Of a stretch of 64,000 nt of DNA, positions 1 to 10,003 are shown one piece after another. The stretch's first letter is position 1; every line of letters begins with the position of its first letter. A program made the translations under genes and the position numbers. The notes beneath the pieces are model-generated. The model was not told the DNA's origin. It worked only from the letters and a program-made list of their open reading frames with translations, and made no database searches. Source of the DNA: Acidimicrobiales bacterium (GTDB lineage Bacteria; Actinomycetota; Acidimicrobiia; Acidimicrobiales; Ilumatobacteraceae); the NCBI GenBank assembly GCA_038244535.1, contig JBBRTJ010000001.1:10861-74860 (forward strand), written 5' to 3'.

Positions 1-823
1 TCCGCCGTTCCTGCGCTACCACGTCGCCGACCGCGCCGGGGTGCTCACCCACTCGGCCGACATCGACCTGCCCCGCGGCGTGATGATGCACGACTTCCTG
101 ACCACCCGGCACCACTCGCTGTTCTTCGACCTCCCCGCCGTCATCTCGATGACGGGCGACGGCATGTGGCAGCCCCAGTTCGGCGCGCGCATCGGCGTGG
201 TGCCCCGCCACGGCGGCAACGCCGACGTGCGCTGGTTCGAGATCGACCCTTGCTACGTCTTCCACTTCATGAACGCCTGGGAGGAGGGCGACACGATCGT
301 GGCCTTCGGCTGCCGCATGCCCTCGGTCGACCTCGACTTCCAGCGCGCCACCGAGGGCGCACCCAACGGGATCATCGAGGGCGTCGGCCTCACGAAGTGG
401 ACCATCGACCTGGCTGCGGGCACGGTGAGCGAGGAGCAGCTCGACGATCGCCGCACGGACTTCCCCCGCCTGCACGACGACCGCCTCGGGCTCCCCCACC
501 GCTTCGGTCACGCCTCGGCCACGCTGTCGGGTCCCGGCGGCTTCGGGTTCGACGGCATCGTTCGATACGACCTGAGCAACGGCGAGTCGCAGTCGATCTG
601 CTTCGGGTCGCGAGTCACGATTGGCGAGGCCGTCTTTGCCGCTGACCCCGACGGCACCAACGAGGACGACGGCTGGCTGCTCGTGCACGCCACCGACGTC
701 GACACGATGACCACCGACCTCGTGGTCCTCGACGCCCACGACATCACCGCTGGGCCCGTGGCCAAGGTCCATCTGCCCCAGCGGGTCCCCGCCGGCTTCC
801 ACGGCAACTGGATGCCCTCCTGA
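1..823 (+). CDS. carotenoid cleavage oxygenase (CCO/RPE65 family), 5' end outside the window
   Basis: The frame of ORF 41..823 stays open to the window edge (PPFLRYHVADRAGV...). Family-like motifs: FHFMNAWEE, TDFPR, and C-terminal PAGFHGNW. Confidence 0.85.
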   Translation, partial: PPFLRYHVADRAGVLTHSADIDLPRGVMMHDFLTTRHHSLFFDLPAVISMTGDGMWQPQFGARIGVVPRHGGNADVRWFEIDPCYVFHFMNAWEEGDTIVAFGCRMPSVDLDFQRATEGAPNGIIEGVGLTKWTIDLAAGTVSEEQLDDRRTDFPRLHDDRLGLPHRFGHASATLSGPGGFGFDGIVRYDLSNGESQSICFGSRVTIGEAVFAADPDGTNEDDGWLLVHATDVDTMTTDLVVLDAHDITAGPVAKVHLPQRVPAGFHGNWMPS

Positions 824-844
824 ACCCCTGAGCGGGGTCCGCGA

Positions 845-1867
845 TCAGGCCATCAGGGTCTGGTCGAGCTCGGCGAGCTCGCGCAGCGACACCAGCGAGC
901 GAGCGCCGACGTGGCTGATGACCTCGGCCGCAGCCAACGACGCGAGCCGGCCACACTCGGCAGGGCCGTACCCGTGGGTCCACCCGTAGAGGAACCCCGC
1001 CGCGTACAGGTCACCGGCACCGCTGGTGTCGAGCACCTGCTTGACCGGCTCGGCGTGCACCCGGACCCGCCGGCCCTCGCTCACCACGACCGAACCCTGT
1101 GCGCCCAAGGTGATGGCCGCCACCTCGCAGTGCCGCGCCACCTCGTCGAGGGCCTCGTCGAGGGTGTCGCTCGGGAACAGCGTCATCAGCTCGAGCTCGT
1201 TGGCGAACAGGATGTCGACGTCTCGGGCGACGAGGTCGAGGAACGCCTCGTGGTGGCGCACCACGCAGAACGTGTCGGACAGCGTGAGCGACACCTTGCC
1301 GCCGGCTCCGTGCGCCACCACCGCGGCCTTGCGGTAAGCGGCCATCGCCTCGGGCCGGTCCCACAGGTACCCCTCGAGGAACACGACCCGGCCGCTGGCC
1401 ACCAGGGCCTCGTCGACGTCGTCGGGGCCGAGCAGCTCGCTCACCCCGAGACAGGTGTTCATCGTGCGCTCGCCATCGGGCGTGACCACGATGAGGCAGC
1501 GGCCCGTGGGGACACCGAGCATCGCCGGGGCGTTCCCGAAGGCGACGCCCACCGCCCGCAGGTCGTGCCCGAACACCTCGCCGAGCCCGTCGTCGGCGAC
1601 CTTGCCGACGTAGGCGGCCCGCCCCCCGAACGACGCGATGCCGGTCATGGTGTTGGCGGCTGATCCACCGCTGAGCTCGACACCCGAGCCCATCGCCTCG
1701 TAGAGCTGCAGCGCCCGCTCGGCGTCGATCAGGGTCATGGCCGCCTTGACGAGGCTGTGGTCGGCGAGGAACTCGTCGTCGCCATGGGTGATGACGTCGA
1801 CGAGCGCGTTGCCGATGCCAACGACATCGAAAGCAAACGCCCCGTCAGGGGTAGGGGTCCGAGCCAC
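845..1867 (-). CDS. PfkB-family kinase (adenosine-kinase-like)
   Basis: This is the C-terminal 340 aa of ORF 845..3196, with VVGIGNALVD near the N-terminus and the PfkB signature DTSGAGDLYAAGF. GTG 1867 is the nearest in-frame start upstream of the conserved N-terminus (GTG 1888 is an alternative). The rest of the long ORF is antisense to pepN. Confidence 0.85.
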   Translation of the reverse strand: MARTPTPDGAFAFDVVGIGNALVDVITHGDDEFLADHSLVKAAMTLIDAERALQLYEAMGSGVELSGGSAANTMTGIASFGGRAAYVGKVADDGLGEVFGHDLRAVGVAFGNAPAMLGVPTGRCLIVVTPDGERTMNTCLGVSELLGPDDVDEALVASGRVVFLEGYLWDRPEAMAAYRKAAVVAHGAGGKVSLTLSDTFCVVRHHEAFLDLVARDVDILFANELELMTLFPSDTLDEALDEVARHCEVAAITLGAQGSVVVSEGRRVRVHAEPVKQVLDTSGAGDLYAAGFLYGWTHGYGPAECGRLASLAAAEVISHVGARSLVSLRELAELDQTLMA

Positions 1868-1942
1868 GGCGGTCGAGGGTAGCCCCACCGCCCCTTCGGG
1901 CCGAGGCGGGGCCTTCGATGGTGCTCGGTAGCCTCCTTCGTC

Positions 1943-4516
1943 GTGACCGACAACCCGTACCGCCTGCCTCGTCACGCGCTCCCGCGCCGGTACGAGGTCG
2001 CACTGGCCCCCGACCTGGCCGCCGCTTCTTTCACCGGCACGGCCACGATCACCCTCGACGTGGTCGAGGCCACCGCTGAACTGGTGTGCAACGCGGCCGA
2101 GCTCGACATCCTCGACGCCGCGGTCCTCGACCCAGATGGCACTGGCCGGCCGGTCGGCTTCCACCTCGACGCCCAGACCGAGCGGCTGCACCTCGATCTC
2201 GGGCAGGTCGTCGGCCCCGGACCGATGACCGTTCGCCTCGACTTCGCCGGCACGCTCAACGACAAGCTGCGCGGGTTCTACCGCTCGACCTACACCGGTG
2301 CCGACGGCGCCGCCCACACGATCGCCACCACCCAGATGCAGGCCACCGACTGCCGGCGGGCGTTCCCATGCTGGGACGAACCCGACTTCAAGGCCGTGTT
2401 CGCCATCTCCCTTGTCGTTGACGAGGGCCTCACCGCCATCTCCAACGGGCCCGAGATGGCCCGGACGCCCGCCGGCGAGGGCCAGGTGCGCGTCGCCTTC
2501 GCCGACACCATCGCCATGAGCACGTACCTCGTCGCCTTCGTCGTCGGCGAGCTCGAGACCACCGAACCCGTCGATGTCGGTAGCGTCCCGCTGCGCATCG
2601 TCCACCTCCCGGGCAAGGGCCACCTGACCGCCTTCGCCCAGGCTGCCGGGGCGTTCGCGCTGGCGTGGTTCCAGGACTACTACGGCATCGCCTACCCAGC
2701 CGAAAAGGTTGATCTCGTCGCCATCCCCGACTTCGCCATGGGGGCGATGGAGAACCTCGGGTGCATCACGTTCCGGGAGGCACTGCTCCTGGTCGAGCCG
2801 GGCGCGGCGACGATGGCCGAGGAGCAGGTCGTCGCCGACGTGATCGCGCACGAGCTCGCCCACATGTGGTTCGGCGACCTCGTGACGATGCGGTGGTGGA
2901 ACGGGATCTGGTTGAACGAGGCCTTCGCCACGTTCATGGAGGTCGCCGCCTGCGACGCCTTCCGCCCCGACTGGAAGCGGTGGGTCAGCTTCGGGCTCGA
3001 GCGCACGGCCGCGTTCGAGGTGGACGCCCTGCGCTCCACCCGTCCCGTCGAGTTCGAGGTGCGCAGCCCGGCCGACGCCGAGGGCATGTTCGACGTGCTC
3101 ACCTACGAAAAGGGCGGCGCGCTGCTGCGCATGTTGCAGCAGTACCTCGGCGAAGAGGCCTTCCGCGCCGGCATCGGCCTGTACCTGCGGACCCACCGCT
3201 ACGGCAACACCGAGACCTCTGACCTGTGGGATGCCCTCGAGAAGGCGACCGGCGAGCCGGTGCGCCGCATCATGGACACCTGGATCTGGCAGGGCGGGTT
3301 CCCGGTGATCGACGTGAGCCTCGACGGTGACTCACTCGTGCTGTCCCAGCGTCGCTTCCTGTTCGCCGGGGCGGGCGGCGAGGGCAGCGACGACGGACAC
3401 GCTGACGACGACTCGACCCGATGGGCGATCCCCATACAGCTGCGCCAGCCAGGCGTGGCGGGCAGCGAGTTCAGGGTGCTCCTCGACGGCGACGAGGCCC
3501 GGGTCGAGCTGGCCGACGCCAGCGCCGCGGTTGTCGTGAACTCGGGCGGCAACGGCTTCTACCGGGTCCACTACACCGCCGAGCTCGTGGGCCGGCTCGA
3601 TGGCCACGCCCTCGCCGACATGGACGTGGTCGAGCGCTACGGCCTCGTCGACGACGCGTGGGCCGCGGTCGTCGCCGGGGTCGGCGACGCGGCGGACTTC
3701 TGCGCGCTGGCACGATCGTTCGCCGACGAGCGTGAGCTCGCGGTGTGGCAGGTGGTGCTCGCCGGCCTGCGGTGGTGCGGCCGCTTCGTCGACGGCGCGG
3801 CCCAGGCCTCGTTCCAGGGGTTCGTGCGGGCCTTGGTCGCCCCGTCGCTCCACCGCCTGGGCTGGGAGCGGCAGCCCGACGACGACGACCTCACCAACGC
3901 GCTGCGGGCCCTGCTCGTTCGCACGCTCGGCGTCCTCGGGGCCGATCCCGACACCCAGCGGCGAGCGCGGGCGACTCACGACCAGGCGGTCGTGGATCCT
4001 CACTCGGTTGATCCCTCCGTGGCCGCCGCCGCACTCGGCGTGGTGGCCGCATTCGGTTCCGATGCCGACTACGACGCCTGCCTCGCCGGCTTCCGCACCG
4101 GGGCCACGCCCCAGGAGCAGCTGCGCTACCTCTACGCCCTTGCCGAGTTCCCCGATGCGTCGCAGGTGGCGCGCACGCTCGACTTTGCGCTGTCAGCTGA
4201 GGTCCGGGTGCAGAACGCGCCGTTCCTGATCCAGCGGTGCCTCACCCATCGGGACCACGGCGGGCAGGCGTGGCGCTTCGTGCGCGAGCACTGGTCCGAG
4301 GCCAACGCTCGCTTCCCGGACAGCTCCATCGTCCGCATGGTCGACGGGGTGAAGTGGCTGACCGAGCCCGCCCAACAGGCCGACGTGAGCGCGTTCTTTG
4401 CCGAGCACCCGATCCCCCAGGCCACCAAGACCCTCGAGCAGATCCTCGAGCGGCAGCGGATCAACACCGCGCTGCGAGCGCGGGCAACCGAGCCCCTCGC
4501 CGCTGCCTTCGACTGA
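1943..4516 (+). CDS. pepN: aminopeptidase N (M1 family)
   Basis: 857 aa. GAMEN exopeptidase motif (FAMGAMENLG) and zinc site HELAHMWFGD...WLNEAFA. GTG start. Confidence 0.95.
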   Translation: MTDNPYRLPRHALPRRYEVALAPDLAAASFTGTATITLDVVEATAELVCNAAELDILDAAVLDPDGTGRPVGFHLDAQTERLHLDLGQVVGPGPMTVRLDFAGTLNDKLRGFYRSTYTGADGAAHTIATTQMQATDCRRAFPCWDEPDFKAVFAISLVVDEGLTAISNGPEMARTPAGEGQVRVAFADTIAMSTYLVAFVVGELETTEPVDVGSVPLRIVHLPGKGHLTAFAQAAGAFALAWFQDYYGIAYPAEKVDLVAIPDFAMGAMENLGCITFREALLLVEPGAATMAEEQVVADVIAHELAHMWFGDLVTMRWWNGIWLNEAFATFMEVAACDAFRPDWKRWVSFGLERTAAFEVDALRSTRPVEFEVRSPADAEGMFDVLTYEKGGALLRMLQQYLGEEAFRAGIGLYLRTHRYGNTETSDLWDALEKATGEPVRRIMDTWIWQGGFPVIDVSLDGDSLVLSQRRFLFAGAGGEGSDDGHADDDSTRWAIPIQLRQPGVAGSEFRVLLDGDEARVELADASAAVVVNSGGNGFYRVHYTAELVGRLDGHALADMDVVERYGLVDDAWAAVVAGVGDAADFCALARSFADERELAVWQVVLAGLRWCGRFVDGAAQASFQGFVRALVAPSLHRLGWERQPDDDDLTNALRALLVRTLGVLGADPDTQRRARATHDQAVVDPHSVDPSVAAAALGVVAAFGSDADYDACLAGFRTGATPQEQLRYLYALAEFPDASQVARTLDFALSAEVRVQNAPFLIQRCLTHRDHGGQAWRFVREHWSEANARFPDSSIVRMVDGVKWLTEPAQQADVSAFFAEHPIPQATKTLEQILERQRINTALRARATEPLAAAFD

Positions 4517-4528
4517 CCTCGCCGTCGC

Positions 4529-5665
4529 ATGCGCCACGTCGAGCTCTTCGCGGTGAGCACCGACGAGGTGCAGGTCTGCTGGCGCGGTGCGTCAGTCGTT
4601 GCCGACACGACACTCGAGCTGCGGTCGGCTGGCGACGGCCGCGTCCTCGACGCCATCGAGGTCGGGGCCGGCACCGACTCAGGCTCGCACTGGTTCTCGG
4701 CGGGCCGGCCGGCCCCGGCCGACCGTCGCATCGCGGTCACCATCGACGGTGCACTCGTGGCCGCGTCCGAACTGCTTCCTGCGTTCGCGCCCGCGCCACG
4801 TTCCAAGGTGGCCACGATCTCTGACCTCCACGTCGGCGAGACGGGGTTCGGGCGCTGGCCCCGCCTGCACAGCAACCGCGACCCCGCTCAGGCCCATCCG
4901 GTCTTCTGCGTGCGGGCTGCGCTGGCCGAGATCGAGTGCTGGGGGCCTGATCTGCTCGTCGTCAAGGGCGATCTCGCCCACGACAACCGACGCGAGGAGT
5001 ACGAGCTCGTTGCCCCGCTCTTGGCCGCGATGAGCTGCCGGGTGATCGTGCAGCCGGGCAACCACGACGGCGGCAACCACCGTCACGGCGGTGACATGGC
5101 CGGTGTGCTGCACCGCCACGGCGTCGAGGTGATCGACGGTCTCGCCGTCATCGACCTGCCGGGCATGCGGGTCATCGTGGCCGACACCATGGGTGGCGGG
5201 TTCGAACGCGGGGTCGTTGACGACGCTCGGCGCAGGGCCATCGGCGACGCCGTCGCTGACGCTCCCCCATCGGGCGCCGCGCTCGTCACGCTGCACCACC
5301 ACCTCCAACCTCGGAGGCTGCCGACCTTCGTCCCCCTCGGCATCCCGCACGGCACAGCCGTCGACCTGCTCGACACGATCTCGGACCTGCATCCGCTCAC
5401 GCTGATCACGAGCGGGCACACGCACCGCCACCGGGCTCGCGACCACGGCCGGACCACCGTCACCGAGGTCGGCTCGGTCAAGGACTTCCCCGGCACCTGG
5501 GCCGCCTACGAGACGAACGGCATCCAGCTCACCCAGGTCGTGCGGCGCATCGGGGATCCCGAGGTGCTGGCCTGGACCGACCGGTGCCGGGTGATGTGCG
5601 CCACCGTGTGGGGCCGGTGGGCACCCGGTCGCCTCGACGACCGGTGCCTGTCGCGTTCGATCTGA
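4529..5665 (+). CDS. metallophosphoesterase (calcineurin-like)
   Basis: 378 aa. Motifs ISDLHVGE, VKGDLAHDN, GNHD, SGHTHRH. Confidence 0.8.
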   Translation: MRHVELFAVSTDEVQVCWRGASVVADTTLELRSAGDGRVLDAIEVGAGTDSGSHWFSAGRPAPADRRIAVTIDGALVAASELLPAFAPAPRSKVATISDLHVGETGFGRWPRLHSNRDPAQAHPVFCVRAALAEIECWGPDLLVVKGDLAHDNRREEYELVAPLLAAMSCRVIVQPGNHDGGNHRHGGDMAGVLHRHGVEVIDGLAVIDLPGMRVIVADTMGGGFERGVVDDARRRAIGDAVADAPPSGAALVTLHHHLQPRRLPTFVPLGIPHGTAVDLLDTISDLHPLTLITSGHTHRHRARDHGRTTVTEVGSVKDFPGTWAAYETNGIQLTQVVRRIGDPEVLAWTDRCRVMCATVWGRWAPGRLDDRCLSRSI

Positions 5666-5690
5666 CCCTGGTCCCTGAGGTGGACCTCGG

Positions 5691-6329
5691 TCAGCCGAAG
5701 AGCGAGAACGCGAGTCCGAACAACGCGAGGTGGTAGGTGATCATGATCGCCACCTCGGCCCTGGCGAAGGGCTGCACGAAGCGGTTGACGGCGAGCAGCG
5801 TGTCCGAGGCGAAGAAGACCGCCGCTCCGGCGATGCCCCACCACACGCCGTGACTGAAGGCGGCGACGACCATGGCCGAGATCACGAGCAGGTACATCGA
5901 CACAGGAAGGCCGAGTTGGGGCGAGCCGGTGAACACGCTGCGCAGGATCCGGCGACCGACGATGAGGATGGCCACGGCGACCACGAGGATGCCGACGTTG
6001 GCCAACGCAACGTTCGGATGGCCCGGCAGCAGGAAGCCGACGACGAAGGCGATGTGCCCGATCAGGAACGCGCCCAGGCCGACGACGAACAGGTCAGCGG
6101 GGAGCATGAGCGCGATGTCACCGATGAGGCAGAACGACAGGCCGATCACGAACGCCGTTCGCATCGAGGTCGACGTCGGATCGACCGCCAACGCGACCCC
6201 GAGGATCAGCGCCGTCACCGTGGGCTTGGTGATCCACTCGACGACCTGGCGATGTGCCGTCCGCGACCACCAGTTCGCCAGCGCGAAGGGCACTGCGAGC
6301 CCACACAGCAGCCACGCCGTCTCTGTCAT
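5691..6329 (-). CDS. YhhN-family (lysoplasmalogenase-like) membrane protein
   Basis: 212 aa, multi-TM, YhhN-like pattern. It overlaps the upstream ligase gene by 4 nt. Confidence 0.7.
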   Translation of the reverse strand: MTETAWLLCGLAVPFALANWWSRTAHRQVVEWITKPTVTALILGVALAVDPTSTSMRTAFVIGLSFCLIGDIALMLPADLFVVGLGAFLIGHIAFVVGFLLPGHPNVALANVGILVVAVAILIVGRRILRSVFTGSPQLGLPVSMYLLVISAMVVAAFSHGVWWGIAGAAVFFASDTLLAVNRFVQPFARAEVAIMITYHLALFGLAFSLFG

Positions 6330-7906
6330 CGTCGTTCGCCTTCCCCCGCCACTGTGGTGCGACCCGCCTCGGACTCTGACGCCGGAGCGTAGGGCTCGGC
6401 GTCAGCGCCTGCCGAGATCGTTTCCGCCCAGTTCCGGCGCAGCACCTCCTTCTCGACCTTGCCGAGGGCGTTGCGCGGCAGCTCGGTGACGACCACGACC
6501 TGCTTGGGGACCTGGAACCCGGCGAGGCGGACCCGGGCGGCCTCGCGCACCTCGGCATCGTTGACGGCCTCACCGATCGAGGCCACGACGACAGCGACGA
6601 CCCGCTCGCCGAAGTCATCGTCGGGGACACCGATCACGGCCGACTCGGCGACGCCGGGCAGCGAGTCGAGCACTGCCTCGACCTCGCTCGGGTACACGTT
6701 GAGGCCGCCGGTGATGATCAGGTCCTTCGATCGACCCACGATCGTCAGGTAGCCGTCGGCGTCAAACGTGCCGAGGTCACCGGTGCGGAACCAGCCGTCC
6801 GCGGTGAACTCGGTGGCGGACAGCTCAGGCCGGCGCCAGTAGCCAGCGAACACGTTCGGACCCCGCACCTCGATGCCGCCGACTTCACCGGCCGCGACCG
6901 GACCTCCGGCGGGATCGGCGATGCGCACCTCGACACCGGGGAGTGGCAACCCCACCGTCCCTGGGCGTCGGTCACCGTCGAGGGGGTTCGAGGTGTTGAT
7001 CAGCGTCTCGCTCATCCCGTAGCGCTCGAGCACGACGTGACCGGTGCGGAGGCGAAGCTTCTTGTGCGTCGAGGCGAGCAGCGGCGCCGACCCTGACACG
7101 AACAGGCGGATCGAACGGCATGCGTCAGCGTCGAAGCGGGGATCGGCGAGCAGGCGCGTGTAGTGGGTCGGGACGCCCATCATCACCGTTGTCTGCGGCA
7201 GGGCCCCCAGCACCGCGTCAACGTCGAAGGCGGGCAGCAGGACCATCGCGGTGCCGTTGCGCAGCACGCAGTGCACCGCAACGAACAACCCGTGCACGTG
7301 GAACAAGGGCAGCACGTGCAGCAGCACGTCGTGGGGCCCGAACCCCCATGCGGCGTGCAGCGCGTTGGCGTTGGCCACGAGGTTGGCGTGGCTCAGCAGC
7401 GCGCCCTTCGGACGACCGGTCGTGCCGCTCGTGTAGACGATCGCGGCCAGATCGTCGGGCTGGGCTTCGTGGTCATCCTCGCGCCGCGGGCCAGCACCGG
7501 CCAGCGCCGCCAGCGATCCTCGACCGTCACCGTCGAGCGTCAGCACCCGGCAGGCAACGGGGAGGGACGACCGCCGAGGATCGACGACGACCAGCGCAGG
7601 TTCGGCGTCGCTGACGAGGTGGCCCACCTCGACCTCGGTGTATGCCGTGTTCAGCGGGATGAACACCGCGCCGGCGCGAACGCAGGCCAGGTGCAGCAGC
7701 AGGAAGCTCGGCGACTTGTCGAGCTGCACCACCACCCGATCGCCTGGCCGCACGTCGGCGGCCCGCAGGGCGGCGACAAGGCGACCGGCCCCGTCCCAGG
7801 CATCGCCGTAGGTGAACGTGGGCCCACCAGGCACGGTGACGAACGGGCCTGCCGGGTTGCGGTCGAGCCCGATGCGGATGAGGTCGAGCAAGGTGCGCGG
7901 CGCCAT
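6326..7906 (-). CDS. AMP-dependent acyl/malonyl-CoA synthetase
   Basis: ORF 6326..8212 trimmed to ATG 7906 (MAPRTLLDL...). Adenylate-forming motifs YTSGTTGRPKGA, GYLTIVGRSKD, LPRNALGKV. Confidence 0.88.
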   Translation of the reverse strand: MAPRTLLDLIRIGLDRNPAGPFVTVPGGPTFTYGDAWDGAGRLVAALRAADVRPGDRVVVQLDKSPSFLLLHLACVRAGAVFIPLNTAYTEVEVGHLVSDAEPALVVVDPRRSSLPVACRVLTLDGDGRGSLAALAGAGPRREDDHEAQPDDLAAIVYTSGTTGRPKGALLSHANLVANANALHAAWGFGPHDVLLHVLPLFHVHGLFVAVHCVLRNGTAMVLLPAFDVDAVLGALPQTTVMMGVPTHYTRLLADPRFDADACRSIRLFVSGSAPLLASTHKKLRLRTGHVVLERYGMSETLINTSNPLDGDRRPGTVGLPLPGVEVRIADPAGGPVAAGEVGGIEVRGPNVFAGYWRRPELSATEFTADGWFRTGDLGTFDADGYLTIVGRSKDLIITGGLNVYPSEVEAVLDSLPGVAESAVIGVPDDDFGERVVAVVVASIGEAVNDAEVREAARVRLAGFQVPKQVVVVTELPRNALGKVEKEVLRRNWAETISAGADAEPYAPASESEAGRTTVAGEGERR

Positions 7907-7910
7907 GGGC

Positions 7911-8930
7911 TCAACGATCGTCGACGAGGCGGCGGGCCTCGGCCACGAGGGCGATGGCCACGCGCAGGACGCTACCCCGAGCGGCGAACAGCCGATCGAC
8001 GTCGACGGGCGGGCCGTAGGCCGGATCGGCGAGGTGCGTGGCGTGCTCGAGCAGCGCGGGCGCAAGCCACTCGTACCTGACTGCAGCCGCGCACATCGCC
8101 AGCCGAACGACGCGCTCGTCGCCGGGCCAACCGACGGCGCGCAACCCCGCGAGGTACCGACGGTGCACGGTCTCGTCCAGCTCGGCCAGGCGGTCGATCG
8201 GCCAGGCGGCATCCAGACCGGCGTCGAGGAGCAGGTTGCTCGGATCCTCGCCGAGGGCGCCGACGCCCGTCAGCGCCCAGTCGATGAAGACCACGTCGCC
8301 GGTCGGACGACGGATGACGTTGCGGATCGACGCGTCGAGGTGAGCGACGGCCTGAGGGAACCGGGCCGCCACCGCGCACCACTGCTCGAGCTCGGCGGTC
8401 ATTCGGCAGAGGTCGGGGCGCAGCGCACCGAGGTGCTCGGCCACCACCGGCACGGCCCAGAGAGCGTCGTCATCGAGCAGTGAGCGCCGGAACGGCTTCG
8501 AACGCGGATAGGCGCACAGGACGTCGCGGCTGAGCCAGGCGTCGACGGCCCGGGGCTGGGGTGCCCCCTGGCTCCATCCCAACGCCTCGGCGGCAGCCCC
8601 GAGGTCGTCGAGGGTGAGCGCGCCGCCGGTGCGCCCAGCGACGTCCTCCAACTTGAGCTCGATGCCCTTTCGCTCCGAGCCCACGATGTCGAGCACCTCG
8701 GGCGCGCCGAGGCCGAGGCGGCGGGGGAGGTCGGAGCGGTAGACGAGCGCTTCGCGCTGCCAGTAGTTCCACGCCGTCGGCTCCTCCGACGCGATCCAGT
8801 GGTCCGGGACGTCGTGTCGTACGCCGATGGTCTTGTTGACGTAGGGCAGGCCGCGGTGCCAGTCCCGCCACACGCCGAGCGTGATCCCGTTCGAACGCTG
8901 GTGGACCAGTTCCTCTCGACGCCTGGCCAT
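7911..8930 (-). CDS. phosphotransferase-family protein (APH/choline-kinase fold)
   Basis: 339 aa. Kinase-like catalytic region VVFIDWALTGVGALGEDPSNLLLD. Confidence 0.7.
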   Translation of the reverse strand: MARRREELVHQRSNGITLGVWRDWHRGLPYVNKTIGVRHDVPDHWIASEEPTAWNYWQREALVYRSDLPRRLGLGAPEVLDIVGSERKGIELKLEDVAGRTGGALTLDDLGAAAEALGWSQGAPQPRAVDAWLSRDVLCAYPRSKPFRRSLLDDDALWAVPVVAEHLGALRPDLCRMTAELEQWCAVAARFPQAVAHLDASIRNVIRRPTGDVVFIDWALTGVGALGEDPSNLLLDAGLDAAWPIDRLAELDETVHRRYLAGLRAVGWPGDERVVRLAMCAAAVRYEWLAPALLEHATHLADPAYGPPVDVDRLFAARGSVLRVAIALVAEARRLVDDR

Positions 8931-9038
8931 CGCAGACCACCGTGCCAGCCAGCACCCCGGCGGTCAACTGCACAGGTGGCGGCGCGACGCCCCCGTGGGC
9001 CACACTGCATTGTTGAATCGAGCTCAAGGGGGCTGTCG

Positions 9039-9476
9039 GTGCCGGATGTGACGGTGGGGTTGGAGCGGGCACGAGCGGTCGCCCCCGACGTCATCGCCAC
9101 GCTCGAGCAGGCCGATGCGGCCGCCGCTCATGCCATCGACCCCGCGCTGCTCACGCTGTGCCGGCGCCGGCTGGCCATGCTGCTCGGAGCCGAGCTGCCG
9201 GTGACCAGCGATCCGAAGCTGCTCGCCATCTCGTCTTGGCCGACCTCGCCGCTGTTCGACGACGTCGACCGGGCGTGCTTGGCCTTCACGGAGCAGTTCG
9301 TCATCGACGTGGCCAGTACCACCGATGCCCAGGCCGCCGCGGTGGAAGCACTCATCGGGCCGGCCGCCTTGTACGGGCTCGCCAACGCTCTCTACGTCGT
9401 CGACCAGGTCGAGCGCCTGCAACTGACGCTCGCCGCCGCGCTGCCCGCGCCCACCAGCCAGGAGGCCCTGTCATGA
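9039..9476 (+). CDS. AhpD-like / carboxymuconolactone-decarboxylase-family protein
   Basis: ORF 8799..9476 trimmed to GTG 9039, with AAGGGGG about 6 nt upstream. Its stop overlaps the next start (ATGA at 9473..9476). Confidence 0.6.
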   Translation: MPDVTVGLERARAVAPDVIATLEQADAAAAHAIDPALLTLCRRRLAMLLGAELPVTSDPKLLAISSWPTSPLFDDVDRACLAFTEQFVIDVASTTDAQAAAVEALIGPAALYGLANALYVVDQVERLQLTLAAALPAPTSQEALS

Positions 9477-10003
9477 ACCGTGCCGTTCGTCTGACCGCAC
9501 CCGCCGATGGTCGCCGCCCCGGGGCCGCCTACCAGCCCGAGCTGAGCCAAGCCCTCAGCGCCTACCAGGAAGCCGTCGTGCGCCTCCGCGCCCTCGACTG
9601 GACCACCACCGAGCTGGTGCGGCTGCGCTGCGCTCGCACGCACGACTGCCGGATCTGCTCGACCCTGCGCCTCGTGCCCGCCCTCGAGGCCGGCGTCGAC
9701 GAGGCCTTGCTCGACAAGGTCGACTACTACGAGACCAGCGACCTCAGTGAGCGCCACAAGGTCGCCCTGCGACTCGCGGATGCCCACCTGACAGGGCCGG
9801 CCACGATCACCGAGCAGCTCGCGGCCGATGTGCAGCGGCACTTCTCGCCGGCCGAGATCGTCGAGATCCTGACCGACGTGTCGAAGTGGAGCTACCAGAA
9901 GGCCATGGTGGCCCTGGGGCTCGACGACGTCCCCGATGGCATCACGGTCTTCGACGTCGACGAGGCCGGCAAGGTCAGGTTCGGGGCCGCGGTCGGTTCA
10001 TGA
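9473..10003 (+). CDS. AhpD-like / carboxymuconolactone-decarboxylase-family protein with CxxC
   Basis: ATG 9473 preceded by GGAGG. CRIC motif in a helical CMD-like context. Its stop overlaps the P450 start (ATGA at 10000..10003). Confidence 0.7.
   Translation: MNRAVRLTAPADGRRPGAAYQPELSQALSAYQEAVVRLRALDWTTTELVRLRCARTHDCRICSTLRLVPALEAGVDEALLDKVDYYETSDLSERHKVALRLADAHLTGPATITEQLAADVQRHFSPAEIVEILTDVSKWSYQKAMVALGLDDVPDGITVFDVDEAGKVRFGAAVGS

Noticed and set aside
1930-1937. A GAAGGAGG Shine-Dalgarno-like sequence on the minus strand between the kinase and pepN.
   Set aside because: No in-frame start codon lies at a workable distance: the candidate kinase starts are 41 and 62 nt away. It is probably coincidental.
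845-3196. Very long ORFs in the track (for example 845..3196, 24613..26889, 37234..39564, 58682..61174, 6326..8212, 28881..30179, 48260..49948, 20947..22743).
   Set aside because: Only one end of each matches a recognisable protein. The remainder is Arg/Ala/Gly/Pro-rich translation antisense to, or overlapping, a well-supported gene. This is the usual open-frame artefact of very high GC. I trimmed them to homology-supported starts or discarded them.
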